This document shows, piece by piece, positions 20,491-31,272 of a stretch of DNA of 64,000 nucleotides. The first letter of the stretch is position 1, and every line of letters starts with the position of its first letter. Origin of the DNA: a virus; IMG/VR virus record IMGVR_UViG_3300042914_003763, positions 53,114 to 117,113 of that record; one strand, given 5' to 3'. The notes under the pieces are model-generated. The model was not told the DNA's origin. It made no database searches and saw nothing but the letters and a program-made list of their open reading frames with translations. The translations under genes and the position numbers were made by a program.

Positions 20491-20519
20491 AAAATAAGGG
20501 GTAATAACACCCCTTATTA
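20491..20519 (-). terminator. Intrinsic terminator next to the RGRTAGAAAAA motif
   Basis: AATAAGGGGT/ACCCCTTATT stem. Confidence 0.65.
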
Positions 20520-20621
20520 TAATTAAACTGATGTTACAAATCGTGTTTGGGAATCATAGTAATGAAATTCACTGTTGTACCAATAATGACTACAGTTACT
20601 ACTATTTTCATATCACAACTC

Positions 20622-20939
20622 CTATTTACTCAAAGCTTGTTCTAACTTATCTAACTTAATATCAATAAGTTCTTCTAACTCTTCATTAGTTACATCAAAT
20701 ATTAACATAACTTGTTGTAACATTATGTAAACATCTGCTAATTCAGTTTTAACGTCAACATCTGTTACTTTACCGTAACGATATTGTTGTAACGCTAACG
20801 ATAGTTCAGTTAGTTCTTGTACTACATGGATAAGTTGTTTATCTTGTCCCCATTTACTTATAGCTTGTTTAGCTAAGTCAGGTAATCTACTTTTCGCGCT
20901 TGCTTGATTCATTTGTCCTTGTTTAATGTTCATATCCAT
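20622..20939 (-). CDS. MazG-like NTP pyrophosphohydrolase
   Basis: KWG..KQ..QELTEL...TELADVYIMLQQ. Confidence 0.75.
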   Translation of the reverse strand: MDMNIKQGQMNQASAKSRLPDLAKQAISKWGQDKQLIHVVQELTELSLALQQYRYGKVTDVDVKTELADVYIMLQQVMLIFDVTNEELEELIDIKLDKLEQALSK

Positions 20940-20961
20940 TATATTATTCCTCTATTTGTAG

Positions 20962-23058
20962 TTAGTTAATAGTACCGATCTTGTTGATGATTTTGTTCAC
21001 TTCAGAAATATAGAAGTCGTAATCTATATTATAATCTGCAAAATGCTGCACATCATAGTAGTTGTTGAACATAGTTATGTATGCTCCTACTGGTGATAAG
21101 CTTATTTCACGATCACCTAATACTTGTTCCTTAACTTTGATAGTGGGAATATTAACTCCCTCTAACAAAATATCTTTAAACTTCTTCATTCTACCAGTAG
21201 CAGGATTAATGCGACTCTCTTCATGATATAAGTGACTCATTCTTATACCACGTTGTACTAATCTTTCTTGGGTTACTTGTGCATTATGTTCAACTTTCTT
21301 GATGATATTACCAGTAATAGTTGTTTCAGTTACAGTAGGTTTAGACATAAAAAACCTAACTGTCTTTTGTACTTCTTGTTTACTTACGATTGTTTCTTCT
21401 TGTGTTAATAAGTTTTTTTCTATCTGAAATAGGTAAGTTACAAATTGAGAAGATGTTTTCTGTGACATACAGAAGTCGTATATGTCATCGTGTTGATATA
21501 AAAACTCTTCTACATCTACACCATCAAAATAATATGCTTGTAATGCTTTAGCTATTACAGGAAATTCAAAACCTTTAAGTATTCCACCTTGAGGAATAAA
21601 TATACCTTTAGTTTTCTTCTTACCGTCTGTAGTTAAAGCCGCATAATTATTTATATCTCTTCTTACATAGGTAGAAAAGTATGATTCTTCTAATGTGAAT
21701 CGTGATTCTTTCTCCCATTCTTTATATAAACATCTAACACCTTCTAACTGATCCTTTTTAATGTGTAGTAATAAACCATCTGTATTAGCAGAAATAACCT
21801 TATAACCCGCTAAATATAACCGTTCAATCAACATCAGAATCCAAAGTTGGTTGTTGATAGTAACTTTATACGTACACTGGGGATCATATAAAAAGTAATA
21901 CGGAAAATTAAAGAGACCATAAATTGTATTAATTTTTATCTTCATACCAGCTTCTAGTACGGAGTACAAGACATTTTCTTGTTTATGTTTTTTGTACCAT
22001 AATCGTTTAGATACAACCTCTTCTACTAACGGAATAAATATATCAACATCTAAGTGAGCAGGACAGACCTTATTGTTAATAATTGCAGTTGGGTATTGTG
22101 ATGCGATGTCAATATCAAGTAACAATTCATCGTCTGGTACTTTAACAATTAACGGTGTATCTACGCTATGAATACCACCTAATGCTACAGTGTAAGTCAT
22201 TCCACCGTATTCAAGTTCTGGTATATCGCATACGAACTTATCATCATTTTTTCTAACTATGTTAAGTGTCTTAATGAGATAGAAAAAAGATTGTAGTTCT
22301 GGTGTTGTAAAGTTGATTTGAGGGAGGACTATATCTTTAATTGAAATATTCTCACGTGGAGTTCGTAAATATTTAAGTTGTTTAATATCGGTATTAGGGT
22401 TCTTTTCTAATATCTTTTCGTAGTAAAACTTATCAAACAACTTCTTAGCAATGTAGCTATCAGCCGAACTTAATACATCAATCTTGTAATGTTGAGATAG
22501 CACTTGGCGCATCTCTAATCTTTTTTCTATATGATTGAGAATTTTAAGTGTTATATCAACGTCATTCTTGTTGTAATCAACTAATAGATCAAACTCTTCA
22601 TCTGTTATTTCTTTATCGTAATCAACAGGTAAGTCTTGAATAATAGGATGTTTAAGGTTAACTGCTACAGCTTTGAGTGACTTGACACTATATCCTTCAC
22701 GTATAACTTCTAATAAATCAAGACTATAAAGAAAGTTACTGTTGTATTTGTATGGATTCTTATTACCCTTAATCAGTGTTTGTGAAAACTCCCATAACTC
22801 AAGTAGTGTTATATCTTTGTTGTAAATTAGATGATCAATAACACCATTATCAAACTGTAATGAGTTATAACCAATCCAACATCTAGGATTACTCTTATTA
22901 GTGATTAAATTAAGTAACTCATTAATATTATTCTTGTCTTTGTACCAAGAGTAAATACGATATTGCTTAACCTTTAATGAATAACAAGTAACAACAAGTG
23001 CATTTTTAAATATCTCAACGTCGTATATTATTCCTGTTTGTTCTAGTTGCTCTAACAT
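20962..23058 (-). CDS. Family B DNA polymerase with 3'-5' exonuclease
   Basis: YDVE, GYNSLQFD, YNKNDV (exonuclease); DIDIASQYP, KIKINTIYG, SANTDG (polymerase). Confidence 0.9.
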   Translation of the reverse strand: MLEQLEQTGIIYDVEIFKNALVVTCYSLKVKQYRIYSWYKDKNNINELLNLITNKSNPRCWIGYNSLQFDNGVIDHLIYNKDITLLELWEFSQTLIKGNKNPYKYNSNFLYSLDLLEVIREGYSVKSLKAVAVNLKHPIIQDLPVDYDKEITDEEFDLLVDYNKNDVDITLKILNHIEKRLEMRQVLSQHYKIDVLSSADSYIAKKLFDKFYYEKILEKNPNTDIKQLKYLRTPRENISIKDIVLPQINFTTPELQSFFYLIKTLNIVRKNDDKFVCDIPELEYGGMTYTVALGGIHSVDTPLIVKVPDDELLLDIDIASQYPTAIINNKVCPAHLDVDIFIPLVEEVVSKRLWYKKHKQENVLYSVLEAGMKIKINTIYGLFNFPYYFLYDPQCTYKVTINNQLWILMLIERLYLAGYKVISANTDGLLLHIKKDQLEGVRCLYKEWEKESRFTLEESYFSTYVRRDINNYAALTTDGKKKTKGIFIPQGGILKGFEFPVIAKALQAYYFDGVDVEEFLYQHDDIYDFCMSQKTSSQFVTYLFQIEKNLLTQEETIVSKQEVQKTVRFFMSKPTVTETTITGNIIKKVEHNAQVTQERLVQRGIRMSHLYHEESRINPATGRMKKFKDILLEGVNIPTIKVKEQVLGDREISLSPVGAYITMFNNYYDVQHFADYNIDYDFYISEVNKIINKIGTIN

Positions 23059-23162
23059 AGTTAACCTCTACTTATTACAAAGATCCGCTATCTTATTAGA
23101 GTAGCGGATCTATTAAGTTATTGTTCATAATGTAGTAACTCTAATTAACTACTCTTACTTAA

Positions 23163-23774
23163 TCAAGCTGCGTAACGTTTAACCGTATTAGGTGATTTAA
23201 ACTCAATTACATTACTGTTACGTGGAGCATATTCAACTACTTGAGGTTGTCTCTTCTGCATCCATGAATTAACAATAACTAATCGCTTACCTTGTACTAC
23301 TGCTTCAATGTCATAAAACTTATCAACAGCATCACCACGTATATTACCGTAACGATCTTCATATTCGCTACCAGCTAACGTACCTACCAACTTAATCTTT
23401 TGGTTATACCTACCTTTTTGCATCTTAACTAATACAAATTGGTGATTAATGTTTTCGTAGATTACCTTACCAGAAATACGAACTACATCCCATTCAATAT
23501 CATCTGGATTCTGATATACTACAACACCGATTACTATGAAGTCAAGATAAGGTGGTTGTTCACCTTCATATTCATAGTAATCGTTACTATCATTAGGATT
23601 AAGTGTATTAGGTACAAGAACTAAAGCTGACTCTTTTGATAAATCAATTTCACCATCGTCAACTAATCTTTGTACCTTGTAAGAAAGGGTAGCAGGATAT
23701 GAGCTACCCAAAATGTTAACTACGTTGTTATCAAAAGTCCCCTTCGTTACTAATCTCGCCATCTGCTTGTTCAT
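23163..23774 (-). CDS. Beta-rich hypothetical protein (possible OB-fold)
   Basis: 203 aa between helicase and polymerase. Confidence 0.5.
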   Translation of the reverse strand: MNKQMARLVTKGTFDNNVVNILGSSYPATLSYKVQRLVDDGEIDLSKESALVLVPNTLNPNDSNDYYEYEGEQPPYLDFIVIGVVVYQNPDDIEWDVVRISGKVIYENINHQFVLVKMQKGRYNQKIKLVGTLAGSEYEDRYGNIRGDAVDKFYDIEAVVQGKRLVIVNSWMQKRQPQVVEYAPRNSNVIEFKSPNTVKRYAA

Positions 23775-25608
23775 CTATCTTACTCAACTGTTCGCATCGA
23801 AATGTACGATCTGGAAAACCTACCAGATAATATATATGATACTTATCAGTTGTGTTATATTCCACTTTTTCAACAGAAGTTGAGATATACTCATTTTCCA
23901 CTTCAACAGTAACCGGAGTAGAGATAGAAAAAAGTGGTGGACGTACCATTAACCAAAGTAAGTTTTTAACTTCAGGTGTTAATAACTCCATTATCTTAAC
24001 GCGCAAATCAGTCTTCCAACTATTAGTTAATTCCTTGTAACGTACCACATCATTAGTTAATACAGCTTCAGTTACAAGTTCAGCTTGACGTTTAATTAAA
24101 TCTTGTTGCAATTTCACCTCTTCTTCTTTTTGCTTGTTACGTTCAATGGCTTCATCTTCCTTATCTAAAAAGTGAGTTAACCAAGTTTCACCAGTTTTAG
24201 GAATGGCATATAACCATCTTTTTTTTCTACCTGACCTATCAGCATAGTAGATGATTCCTTCGCTGTTAATCATGTCATTGAGGCGTTCTATGACAAGTTC
24301 ACGATCTTCACCAACAGCATTAATTAATTCTTCTAGTGTGTAACCAAATGGTAAGCTATGACGGTCATCATATTCAATGTCGCCCCATTGTTCATCCCAT
24401 TGATACCATTTCTCAAACAATAATCGTAACAAGTTATTTTGTAATTGTAAGTTTTCAGGCGTTAATACAGTTTCCTTAATTACTTCTAATCTCCAACTAC
24501 AAGCTTCACCATATATCAACTTGTATTGAATAGTTACAGGATCACCATCTCTAGGTATAGTATGAAGTTCGTTGTAATTACCGTTATTAGGATCTTCTTT
24601 TCTAGTTAAGATAGCCATACCATCGTTAGTGCGACTTATCTTACTACTACCAGCAATACTATCTATTTTTTCTACCTGTGTTTTAGTACCGCCATTATAG
24701 CTAGTTTTATTATTGTGATGTAGTAATACAATAGTGAAATCGTTTTCATGCGCCATTGTTTGTAAGCCATATAACGCATTACCAATTTCACTACTAACAT
24801 CAGTTAACCCTGATTGTCTGATACTACCATTAAGACTATCAATAACAACTAACTTACAATCGTATTTCTTAACTAGTTCTAGTAACTCTACTTGATGAGT
24901 TACTATATCTAAGTTTTTACATAACGTAATACGATTACTGTAAATTAACTCATTATATTGATTAAAATCTTCAAGTTCTAACGTTTGTAAACCACCAGTT
25001 CGTAATCGTTTAGCTGTTGTTTTACGAACATTTTCCTCATTTTGTACAAACAACACATTACCTTGTAAAACTGGACGATTGAGAAAATCAATACCAGTAG
25101 CTACTGAAATAGTGAGACAACTACCATAAACAGATTTACCAGACTTAGCTTGTGCTGGTACAAGTATCATACCACCTAACGGAATAATACCTTTAACTAA
25201 ATCACGATTAGTTTTAATATCACTATTAAGCAACTCACCTAATGTATATACCTCAATAGGTGATTCCTTAATACTGTAAGATTCGATAATTTTTTCTACC
25301 TCTCTCTTATCATTAAGATGACGATTTAACCATAATGCTAACTGTGCTTTTTTTCTACCTTTAGTATATGCTTCGGTAGTATTATGTAAATCAATAACCC
25401 TTAACTTAATCTCTTCAATCATTATTTGATCGAAGTCGCTTTGAATAGTATCATATTGCTTACGATAAATAGCACAACCTTCTGCTAACTTAACAATTAC
25501 TTCTTCGTTATTGAAGTTAATTAATGATCGTAAGTAGTTATAATATTCTTGTTCAAGTTCTTGTAATGTTAATAAATTATCAGTTAGCGTATCTTGAGCA
25601 GTAGTCAT
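23731..25608 (-). CDS. RecA-fold (AAA_25/RepA-like) replicative helicase
   Basis: Walker A AQAKSGKS, Walker B LVVIDS, LLHHNNK, AGSS. Confidence 0.85.
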   Translation of the reverse strand: MTTAQDTLTDNLLTLQELEQEYYNYLRSLINFNNEEVIVKLAEGCAIYRKQYDTIQSDFDQIMIEEIKLRVIDLHNTTEAYTKGRKKAQLALWLNRHLNDKREVEKIIESYSIKESPIEVYTLGELLNSDIKTNRDLVKGIIPLGGMILVPAQAKSGKSVYGSCLTISVATGIDFLNRPVLQGNVLFVQNEENVRKTTAKRLRTGGLQTLELEDFNQYNELIYSNRITLCKNLDIVTHQVELLELVKKYDCKLVVIDSLNGSIRQSGLTDVSSEIGNALYGLQTMAHENDFTIVLLHHNNKTSYNGGTKTQVEKIDSIAGSSKISRTNDGMAILTRKEDPNNGNYNELHTIPRDGDPVTIQYKLIYGEACSWRLEVIKETVLTPENLQLQNNLLRLLFEKWYQWDEQWGDIEYDDRHSLPFGYTLEELINAVGEDRELVIERLNDMINSEGIIYYADRSGRKKRWLYAIPKTGETWLTHFLDKEDEAIERNKQKEEEVKLQQDLIKRQAELVTEAVLTNDVVRYKELTNSWKTDLRVKIMELLTPEVKNLLWLMVRPPLFSISTPVTVEVENEYISTSVEKVEYNTTDKYHIYYLVGFPDRTFRCEQLSKIDEQADGEISNEGDF

Positions 25609-26425
25609 CTATCAATCTCCTTATGTCGTAATCACGTCCTGCAATATCAACTATATCGTCACCATCACTCATAGTGTGAGCAGCTTCACCATAATCAAAT
25701 ATGAAGTATGGTTTACTAACAGCCCAACAAGCTTGCATAACAGCAGTAGCTTTTTTTCTACCCCTCTCATCATTATCAGGTAGAAAAATAACTGATGTAA
25801 TCTTAGGGTTAGTTAAGTTACTTGCTATGTAACTAACGTCCTCTTGTGCAAAAGTAGGTGCTGATAAACAAACATAATCTGTATTTCGCATAATATAGTC
25901 GGCGCATTTTTCGCCTTCTGTCATTAATACACTACCTGATGTTGTAACATAACTACTACCATATAACCCAAAATTATTACTACGTCCATAAGTCCAATTA
26001 GAATTAATATTTGTACGGTATTTAGGGTAGAGTTCTTTTTTTCGTTCATCATTATAATCAACTCTCTCAACACAAGATAAGGTAGAAAAAATATAAGTGG
26101 TAATGGTGCGATCTGATAAACGCCTTACTTTAGGTAATTGATAAGTTGAAGTTCGTTTAATGGGTGGATCTAATGAAGTAGGAATAACAGGTTTAATGAA
26201 TGAACTAATTGGAGGTGGTAAGTTAGAAGTTGTTATTGGATTAGCACCTAATTTAGTTCGTATTGAATTAGGTGAACAGTTACCTGTATAACAACTATAC
26301 TTACCTGTGTTCTTATGACACTTTAACTTACCACCACAAACAGGACACTCAAATGTGTATTCTGTTCCTAATTCATTAATCAAGTTCAACTTACCAGCGT
26401 GATAATAATCAGCTAGTTTGAACAT
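25580..26425 (-). CDS. DNA primase (Zn finger + TOPRIM)
   Basis: CPVC..C...C; TEGEKCAD; PDNDERG; DIVD. Confidence 0.85.
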   Translation of the reverse strand: MFKLADYYHAGKLNLINELGTEYTFECPVCGGKLKCHKNTGKYSCYTGNCSPNSIRTKLGANPITTSNLPPPISSFIKPVIPTSLDPPIKRTSTYQLPKVRRLSDRTITTYIFSTLSCVERVDYNDERKKELYPKYRTNINSNWTYGRSNNFGLYGSSYVTTSGSVLMTEGEKCADYIMRNTDYVCLSAPTFAQEDVSYIASNLTNPKITSVIFLPDNDERGRKKATAVMQACWAVSKPYFIFDYGEAAHTMSDGDDIVDIAGRDYDIRRLIDDYCSRYAN

Positions 26426-26431
26426 TGTTAA

Positions 26432-26749
26432 TTATCTCATACTAACTATTAATTCTTCGTAACTATCAGATAACTTAACAACGTAATTACATAATTCATT
26501 CATATCTTCAATTACGTTATTTGTCCAATTACCTTCTTGATGTAACTTAACTGCTATTTCTTTTAACTTATTAAGTATTTCTTCATTATCAACATCAGGA
26601 GAATAAGCATAGTTAGTATTATGATAAGCAACTGAAAAATGATTATCGTCATAATGTGAACTCACTTGTACATTAAATAAATGACCATCACTAGTAACAC
26701 TAAAAGATCCGCTTTCGTATATTAAGTAAGTTGTCATAACTAAATCCAT
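26432..26749 (-). CDS. Hypothetical protein
   Basis: 105 aa ORF. Confidence 0.45.
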   Translation of the reverse strand: MDLVMTTYLIYESGSFSVTSDGHLFNVQVSSHYDDNHFSVAYHNTNYAYSPDVDNEEILNKLKEIAVKLHQEGNWTNNVIEDMNELCNYVVKLSDSYEELIVSMR

Positions 26750-26894
26750 TCTTCTACATCAACAACAGGATAACCATTAGGTACATTACGTAACCACATA
26801 GCTTTATTACGATCATAATCAGCAATACAATACCAAGTGCCGCCAATTAATTGACGTATTAACTGAATAGATGTAATTAAGTTAATTAAGTTAT

Positions 26895-27224
26895 TTAGCA
26901 TAACCATTCTCCATCTTGATAAATAGTAGTTGTTTCTTCTTGAAATCTGTTAAACGCAATATATTCTATATTTGAAATATAAAATTCATACCACGTTAGA
27001 CAATCCTCACTAATGTAATAACGACATTGAAATAAAGTTGGATATAAATCTGACTTATTTAATTCAACATTATCTAATTCAATAACTATCCTACCAAAGT
27101 TAACAGTAGTTGTGATATTACCAGTTATTCTTTCTATATTATTGCAATTAACTAATGTTCTTCTTATATCAGCTAATTGAATAAGTATTAATTCAAGTAA
27201 CTCTTTATTGTGTGTCATTTCCAT
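26895..27224 (-). CDS. Hypothetical protein
   Basis: 109 aa ORF. Confidence 0.45.
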   Translation of the reverse strand: MEMTHNKELLELILIQLADIRRTLVNCNNIERITGNITTTVNFGRIVIELDNVELNKSDLYPTLFQCRYYISEDCLTWYEFYISNIEYIAFNRFQEETTTIYQDGEWLC

Positions 27225-27451
27225 ACTCCATCTTCAAATAACAACTCTACGTCATTAACAGTACAACGAAAACCACGACTAGTAACACTAAGATGATCAA
27301 CAAATAAGTTATCTAACTTAACATAACTAGCACTAACAATACACTTCTTATCAACATTCATATTGATATTGTTAGCAACACAAAAGTTATATAGTAACAA
27401 CAACTTCTGTTTGATTAACTCTACTTCTGTTAGTTGCATTATTATCTCCAA
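27215..27451 (-). CDS. Hypothetical protein
   Basis: 78 aa ORF. Confidence 0.45.
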   Translation of the reverse strand: MEIIMQLTEVELIKQKLLLLYNFCVANNINMNVDKKCIVSASYVKLDNLFVDHLSVTSRGFRCTVNDVELLFEDGVWK

Positions 27452-27562
27452 TTACTAAGTCAATTAGTGTTTGTAATTGTAAAGGATTACGTTTATCGTC
27501 ACAATTACCGGGACAATAGATAGAAAAACAATAGGGGCATTCTAACATAACAACACCTTTAA

Positions 27563-28429
27563 CTAAACAATGTCGCAACGTAATGGAAGATAACCACCGC
27601 CATCAGCTTGTAGTTCCATTTCTCGCCAATTAATTTTTTCTTGATTAGCATAACCTACAATCATTTTTTGCATCCATTCCCAATAAAACTGTAATGAATC
27701 AGGATTGATGTAGTAAACAAAAGGTTGTCTACAAGTAGGAGTTATGCCGACTATGAACGCTTTGTTGAATGGATAACTACAATTAGTACGTTGATTAAGT
27801 GCCGCACTGTAAGCGGCTAACTGAACACAGTATTGCATCAAAGGATAAAAAGGTTCGCCGTTATATGGGCGTACAACAGGTTCTTTTGTTTTGTAAGTCT
27901 TACCATCAGGTTTAAGAATTAACCACGATTTCCAATCCTTTAAAGCAGGTATATAACCATCACTAACTGTTTCTCCCGTATCACGAATTATTAAACGGCT
28001 ACCATCAATGTAACCAATAAAATCAACGTTACCAGCAAAACCACCTACACCTTCTCGATACCAATATGTAGTTTGTTCAACAGCAATCGGTTTGATAATA
28101 GGAAATAACTTTTTTTCTACCTTACTAAAACAAGCGTAGTTAATTGATCCATCATCTATTGGTACTTGATTATGTGAGAAATATTTTTCTATTAGATTAT
28201 GAATCTTAGTACCAGCATTAGCAGCTTTAGTTGTTATAGCATTAGCATTTTCATGACCTACTTTATCACGCCAAGCAAATAAAGCTGTTTTATCTTTATG
28301 ATAATCAATCTGAGTAGTTACAGATTTAAGGTGTTTACTGAAGCTACCGTCATGTTCTACTATCTCATAATGTCTACCACTACCATCTTGCTTAGTTACC
28401 TGTTTAGAACTGAAAGTATTAACTATCAT
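27563..28429 (-). CDS. PD-(D/E)XK (Cas4/RecB-like) exonuclease
   Basis: SVTT, GTKIH, FAGNVD, KDWKS, QLAAY. Confidence 0.82.
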   Translation of the reverse strand: MIVNTFSSKQVTKQDGSGRHYEIVEHDGSFSKHLKSVTTQIDYHKDKTALFAWRDKVGHENANAITTKAANAGTKIHNLIEKYFSHNQVPIDDGSINYACFSKVEKKLFPIIKPIAVEQTTYWYREGVGGFAGNVDFIGYIDGSRLIIRDTGETVSDGYIPALKDWKSWLILKPDGKTYKTKEPVVRPYNGEPFYPLMQYCVQLAAYSAALNQRTNCSYPFNKAFIVGITPTCRQPFVYYINPDSLQFYWEWMQKMIVGYANQEKINWREMELQADGGGYLPLRCDIV

Positions 28430-28541
28430 TACGTTACTTCATTAACTACATCTTGTTAGTGTAGCTTATTTGTTTACCATATTTAATTACAAAAAGAAAA
28501 GATGCAGTTGTTATCTGCATCTTGTTATTACTACTTGTTAA

Positions 28542-28742
28542 TTACTTTTCCGATGGTTTATATGATAACGCTAACAACTCACCAAAGCATTTCAAAAAAA
28601 CTGCATCAGTAAATCCAATAGGCTTAATTCCATATTTCGGTGCTAAGTAGTTAAATACAAACATTATTATTAGTGATGCTAATAATGTGAATACTACGTT
28701 AGCTATACCATTTTTAATGAACTTTTCCCAATTAATCTTCAT
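28542..28742 (-). CDS. Small membrane protein
   Basis: Hydrophobic stretch VVFTLLASLIIMFVF; GAGG RBS. Confidence 0.55.
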   Translation of the reverse strand: MKINWEKFIKNGIANVVFTLLASLIIMFVFNYLAPKYGIKPIGFTDAVFLKCFGELLALSYKPSEK

Positions 28743-28811
28743 TTCAAATAATCCTCATAAGAGATAGAAAAATAAGTTAATAAGGAGTTAATCACTCCTT
28801 ACTTTAATCAA

Positions 28812-29279
28812 TTAAAAGTTGTCAGATGCAGATGGTAATTCTTCGTTGGAAGATGCACCGTTAGCACCATCGTCAGACTTCTTAGGTGACATAGGAGGCT
28901 TGTTAAACTTAGTAACCTCACGTACATCGTATTCAATATAAGACTTACCTTCATAGACTCTAGAGCTTTGTATAACGTAACCTTCAATGCTGAATTGCGC
29001 CCCCTTCTTGATTTTCATCCATTCTTGATCTGGATCAATGAATGCAAATACCTTATCAGCACCAGGAACATTTTCCCAGATATTAATAGTAATCCACTGT
29101 GTTTGATTTTCCCAGTTATCATCTACTTTTTTTCTACCCGCACTTGCAGCTAAACTAAACTTGATAACTCTAGTATTATTGACATCGCGTACTTCAGGAT
29201 CTTTACCTAAGTTACCACTAACTTTAATTTCAAAACCAGTAGGAGCTAAAACGTTATAACGGATTTGTAAGTCTGACAT
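28812..29279 (-). CDS. ssb: Single-stranded DNA-binding protein
   Basis: GNLGKDPEVR, FSLA, TQW, acidic C-terminal tail ending in F; start re-set to MSDLQ. Confidence 0.88.
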   Translation of the reverse strand: MSDLQIRYNVLAPTGFEIKVSGNLGKDPEVRDVNNTRVIKFSLAASAGRKKVDDNWENQTQWITINIWENVPGADKVFAFIDPDQEWMKIKKGAQFSIEGYVIQSSRVYEGKSYIEYDVREVTKFNKPPMSPKKSDDGANGASSNEELPSASDNF

Positions 29280-29430
29280 AATAGTTGTTCCAATAAAAAA
29301 TAGTAGTTTTCGGTAATAGTGATATCGTAACACAACTAGGAGTTGATTACTGTTATTATTCACTTACAATTTGTAATTTAACTTTGAGTGATCCTATTAC
29401 AGTTAAACACCTCAGAAGTTAGCACCAATA

Positions 29431-29667
29431 TTAATCATTTATTTTTATCGCTTTATTTATTTCATTAACTGAATACCAACATTTAACTTCAGTTAACGAA
29501 TAAAATTTAATATTGTTAAGGTGACTATCTTCTTCAATAAATAAACCACGACTGAAATAACCAATACACCATCCGTCATCAGTAGTTAGGAAAACAATAT
29601 GTTGTTCATAAGATGGTAGTTTTTCAGAAGGTTCGTAAATTGTAATATTAACGTTTTTCATTATCAT
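29431..29667 (-). CDS. DUF551-like small protein
   Basis: SEKLP...VKCW pattern. Confidence 0.45.
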   Translation of the reverse strand: MIMKNVNITIYEPSEKLPSYEQHIVFLTTDDGWCIGYFSRGLFIEEDSHLNNIKFYSLTEVKCWYSVNEINKAIKIND

Positions 29668-29734
29668 TTATTGCTTCAAATTAATAAAGAGATAGAAAAG
29701 TATTAAGGGGCGACTTAACACCCCTTGAAGTTAA

Positions 29735-30700
29735 TTAGCTAGGTATTGGTTCGAGTTTCTTTTTAGCTTGTTCTATATCAGTAACAAGTATTTTACCTTT
29801 AGTACGAATATCATCTTCTGTGATATTAGTAAAGTCTGTTGTTACAAAAGGATGATCTTTACCTGTTACATCTTTGTATTCAGCTAACTTCTTGTTGAAC
29901 AAATCTAATAACTTAACTTCTACGCCTTGATCTAAGTAATATTTGATTTCAGCTACAGCACGTTTAGCGTTCCATTGTTCAATTTCATCTGCTTCGTAAG
30001 GAGGAATAACAAATTGCTTATCACGAAAATAGTTAATTCTAGGTGGTTTAGTATTACGTATTACTTGAGCGTCTCTACCTTGTTTATCTGTTAATAAGCT
30101 AAACTCTAATGCGATATGAAATTCATATTCAATGTCAGCTTTGAAAACAGGAGCTAAACCAACTTTAACAGCTTTAGTCCGGGTCTTACCTGTTTTATCA
30201 ATGTATTCTTCCATGATTGTGTCAGACTTAACACGCGAAGTAACAATCACATGAGCAGTTTTAGATGAAGTAATTGTTTCTCTAGCTTTAGCTATCTTAG
30301 GCGTTACAGTTCCCCAAGCATCTTGAGTTTTTGCTTTATTACCGTTTGTTATTTTATTAACCTCATCTAATGCTCCACCGAGTCCTTCCCAATACTTAGA
30401 GATGGTATCAATAATTATTACACCACCTTCGCCTACAAATGCTTCAGCTTCCTTAAATGCCTTAACTAATGAATCCATTGAAAAAGGTGCATCAACAGGT
30501 AGCACATTAAAATCAGGAAACAAATCTAAAGCACCTGAACTATTTTCATTTTCAGTATCAATTACAACTACTTTATCGGAACTAGGTGCTAATAATGTAG
30601 CTATTTCAATTGCAGTAGTAGTTTTACCTGAACCACTAAGTCCGTAGAAAAACAAGCGAGCTTTTTGTTGACGTTTTGTTGCACGACGAATCGATCCCAT
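29735..30700 (-). CDS. Sak4-like AAA_24 recombination ATPase
   Basis: GLSGSGKTT, VIDTE, IIDTIS, KVGLAP, EYEF. Confidence 0.82.
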   Translation of the reverse strand: MGSIRRATKRQQKARLFFYGLSGSGKTTTAIEIATLLAPSSDKVVVIDTENENSSGALDLFPDFNVLPVDAPFSMDSLVKAFKEAEAFVGEGGVIIIDTISKYWEGLGGALDEVNKITNGNKAKTQDAWGTVTPKIAKARETITSSKTAHVIVTSRVKSDTIMEEYIDKTGKTRTKAVKVGLAPVFKADIEYEFHIALEFSLLTDKQGRDAQVIRNTKPPRINYFRDKQFVIPPYEADEIEQWNAKRAVAEIKYYLDQGVEVKLLDLFNKKLAEYKDVTGKDHPFVTTDFTNITEDDIRTKGKILVTDIEQAKKKLEPIPS

Positions 30701-30804
30701 TATGATTCTCCTATTCTTTTTACGGTGTAACTTTTATGTTGCTGTTTCTTACAAAAGACTTTAATAAGGTACAGTACCAGATTAACTCAACTATTATAAC
30801 CGGA

Positions 30805-31272
30805 TTATGCTGCTAAAAATTCATCAAGTGCTAACTTATCTTGATAATCTTTCCATAATTGCATTAGTTGTGGATACTTGTATTGAGGCGGAATATTATC
30901 TTCTTTTCCTCCTAACCAAGCATTAAACGTTCTGTTAGTAGTTAACATAGCAACAGCAACACTACATGGATTATGTAACCAAGTAACAAGTAATCTAGCA
31001 TCATCGGTTATTTGATTACGAACTCCTGTATCAACAAGACGTTGACTTCCTAACTCAACATAGAATACGCGATTGTTACTTCTTTGTTGCAGTAGAGATT
31101 TTGGTTTATCTACCATAACTAAGATATCTTTAGTTCTAGTCCACATTTTGTTATTGTAATAAGTTGTAAATGGATTAGGTAAGTTAACCCAGTTAGCGTA
31201 TTTACTTATAACATCAGTTGCTAATTTATCTTTAGTAAGTAATTGAATAGTGATATTGTTAATTGTTGTCAT
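30805..31272 (-). CDS. Hypothetical protein
   Basis: Probable start MTTINN after a GGAG RBS. Confidence 0.5.
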   Translation of the reverse strand: MTTINNITIQLLTKDKLATDVISKYANWVNLPNPFTTYYNNKMWTRTKDILVMVDKPKSLLQQRSNNRVFYVELGSQRLVDTGVRNQITDDARLLVTWLHNPCSVAVAMLTTNRTFNAWLGGKEDNIPPQYKYPQLMQLWKDYQDKLALDEFLAA

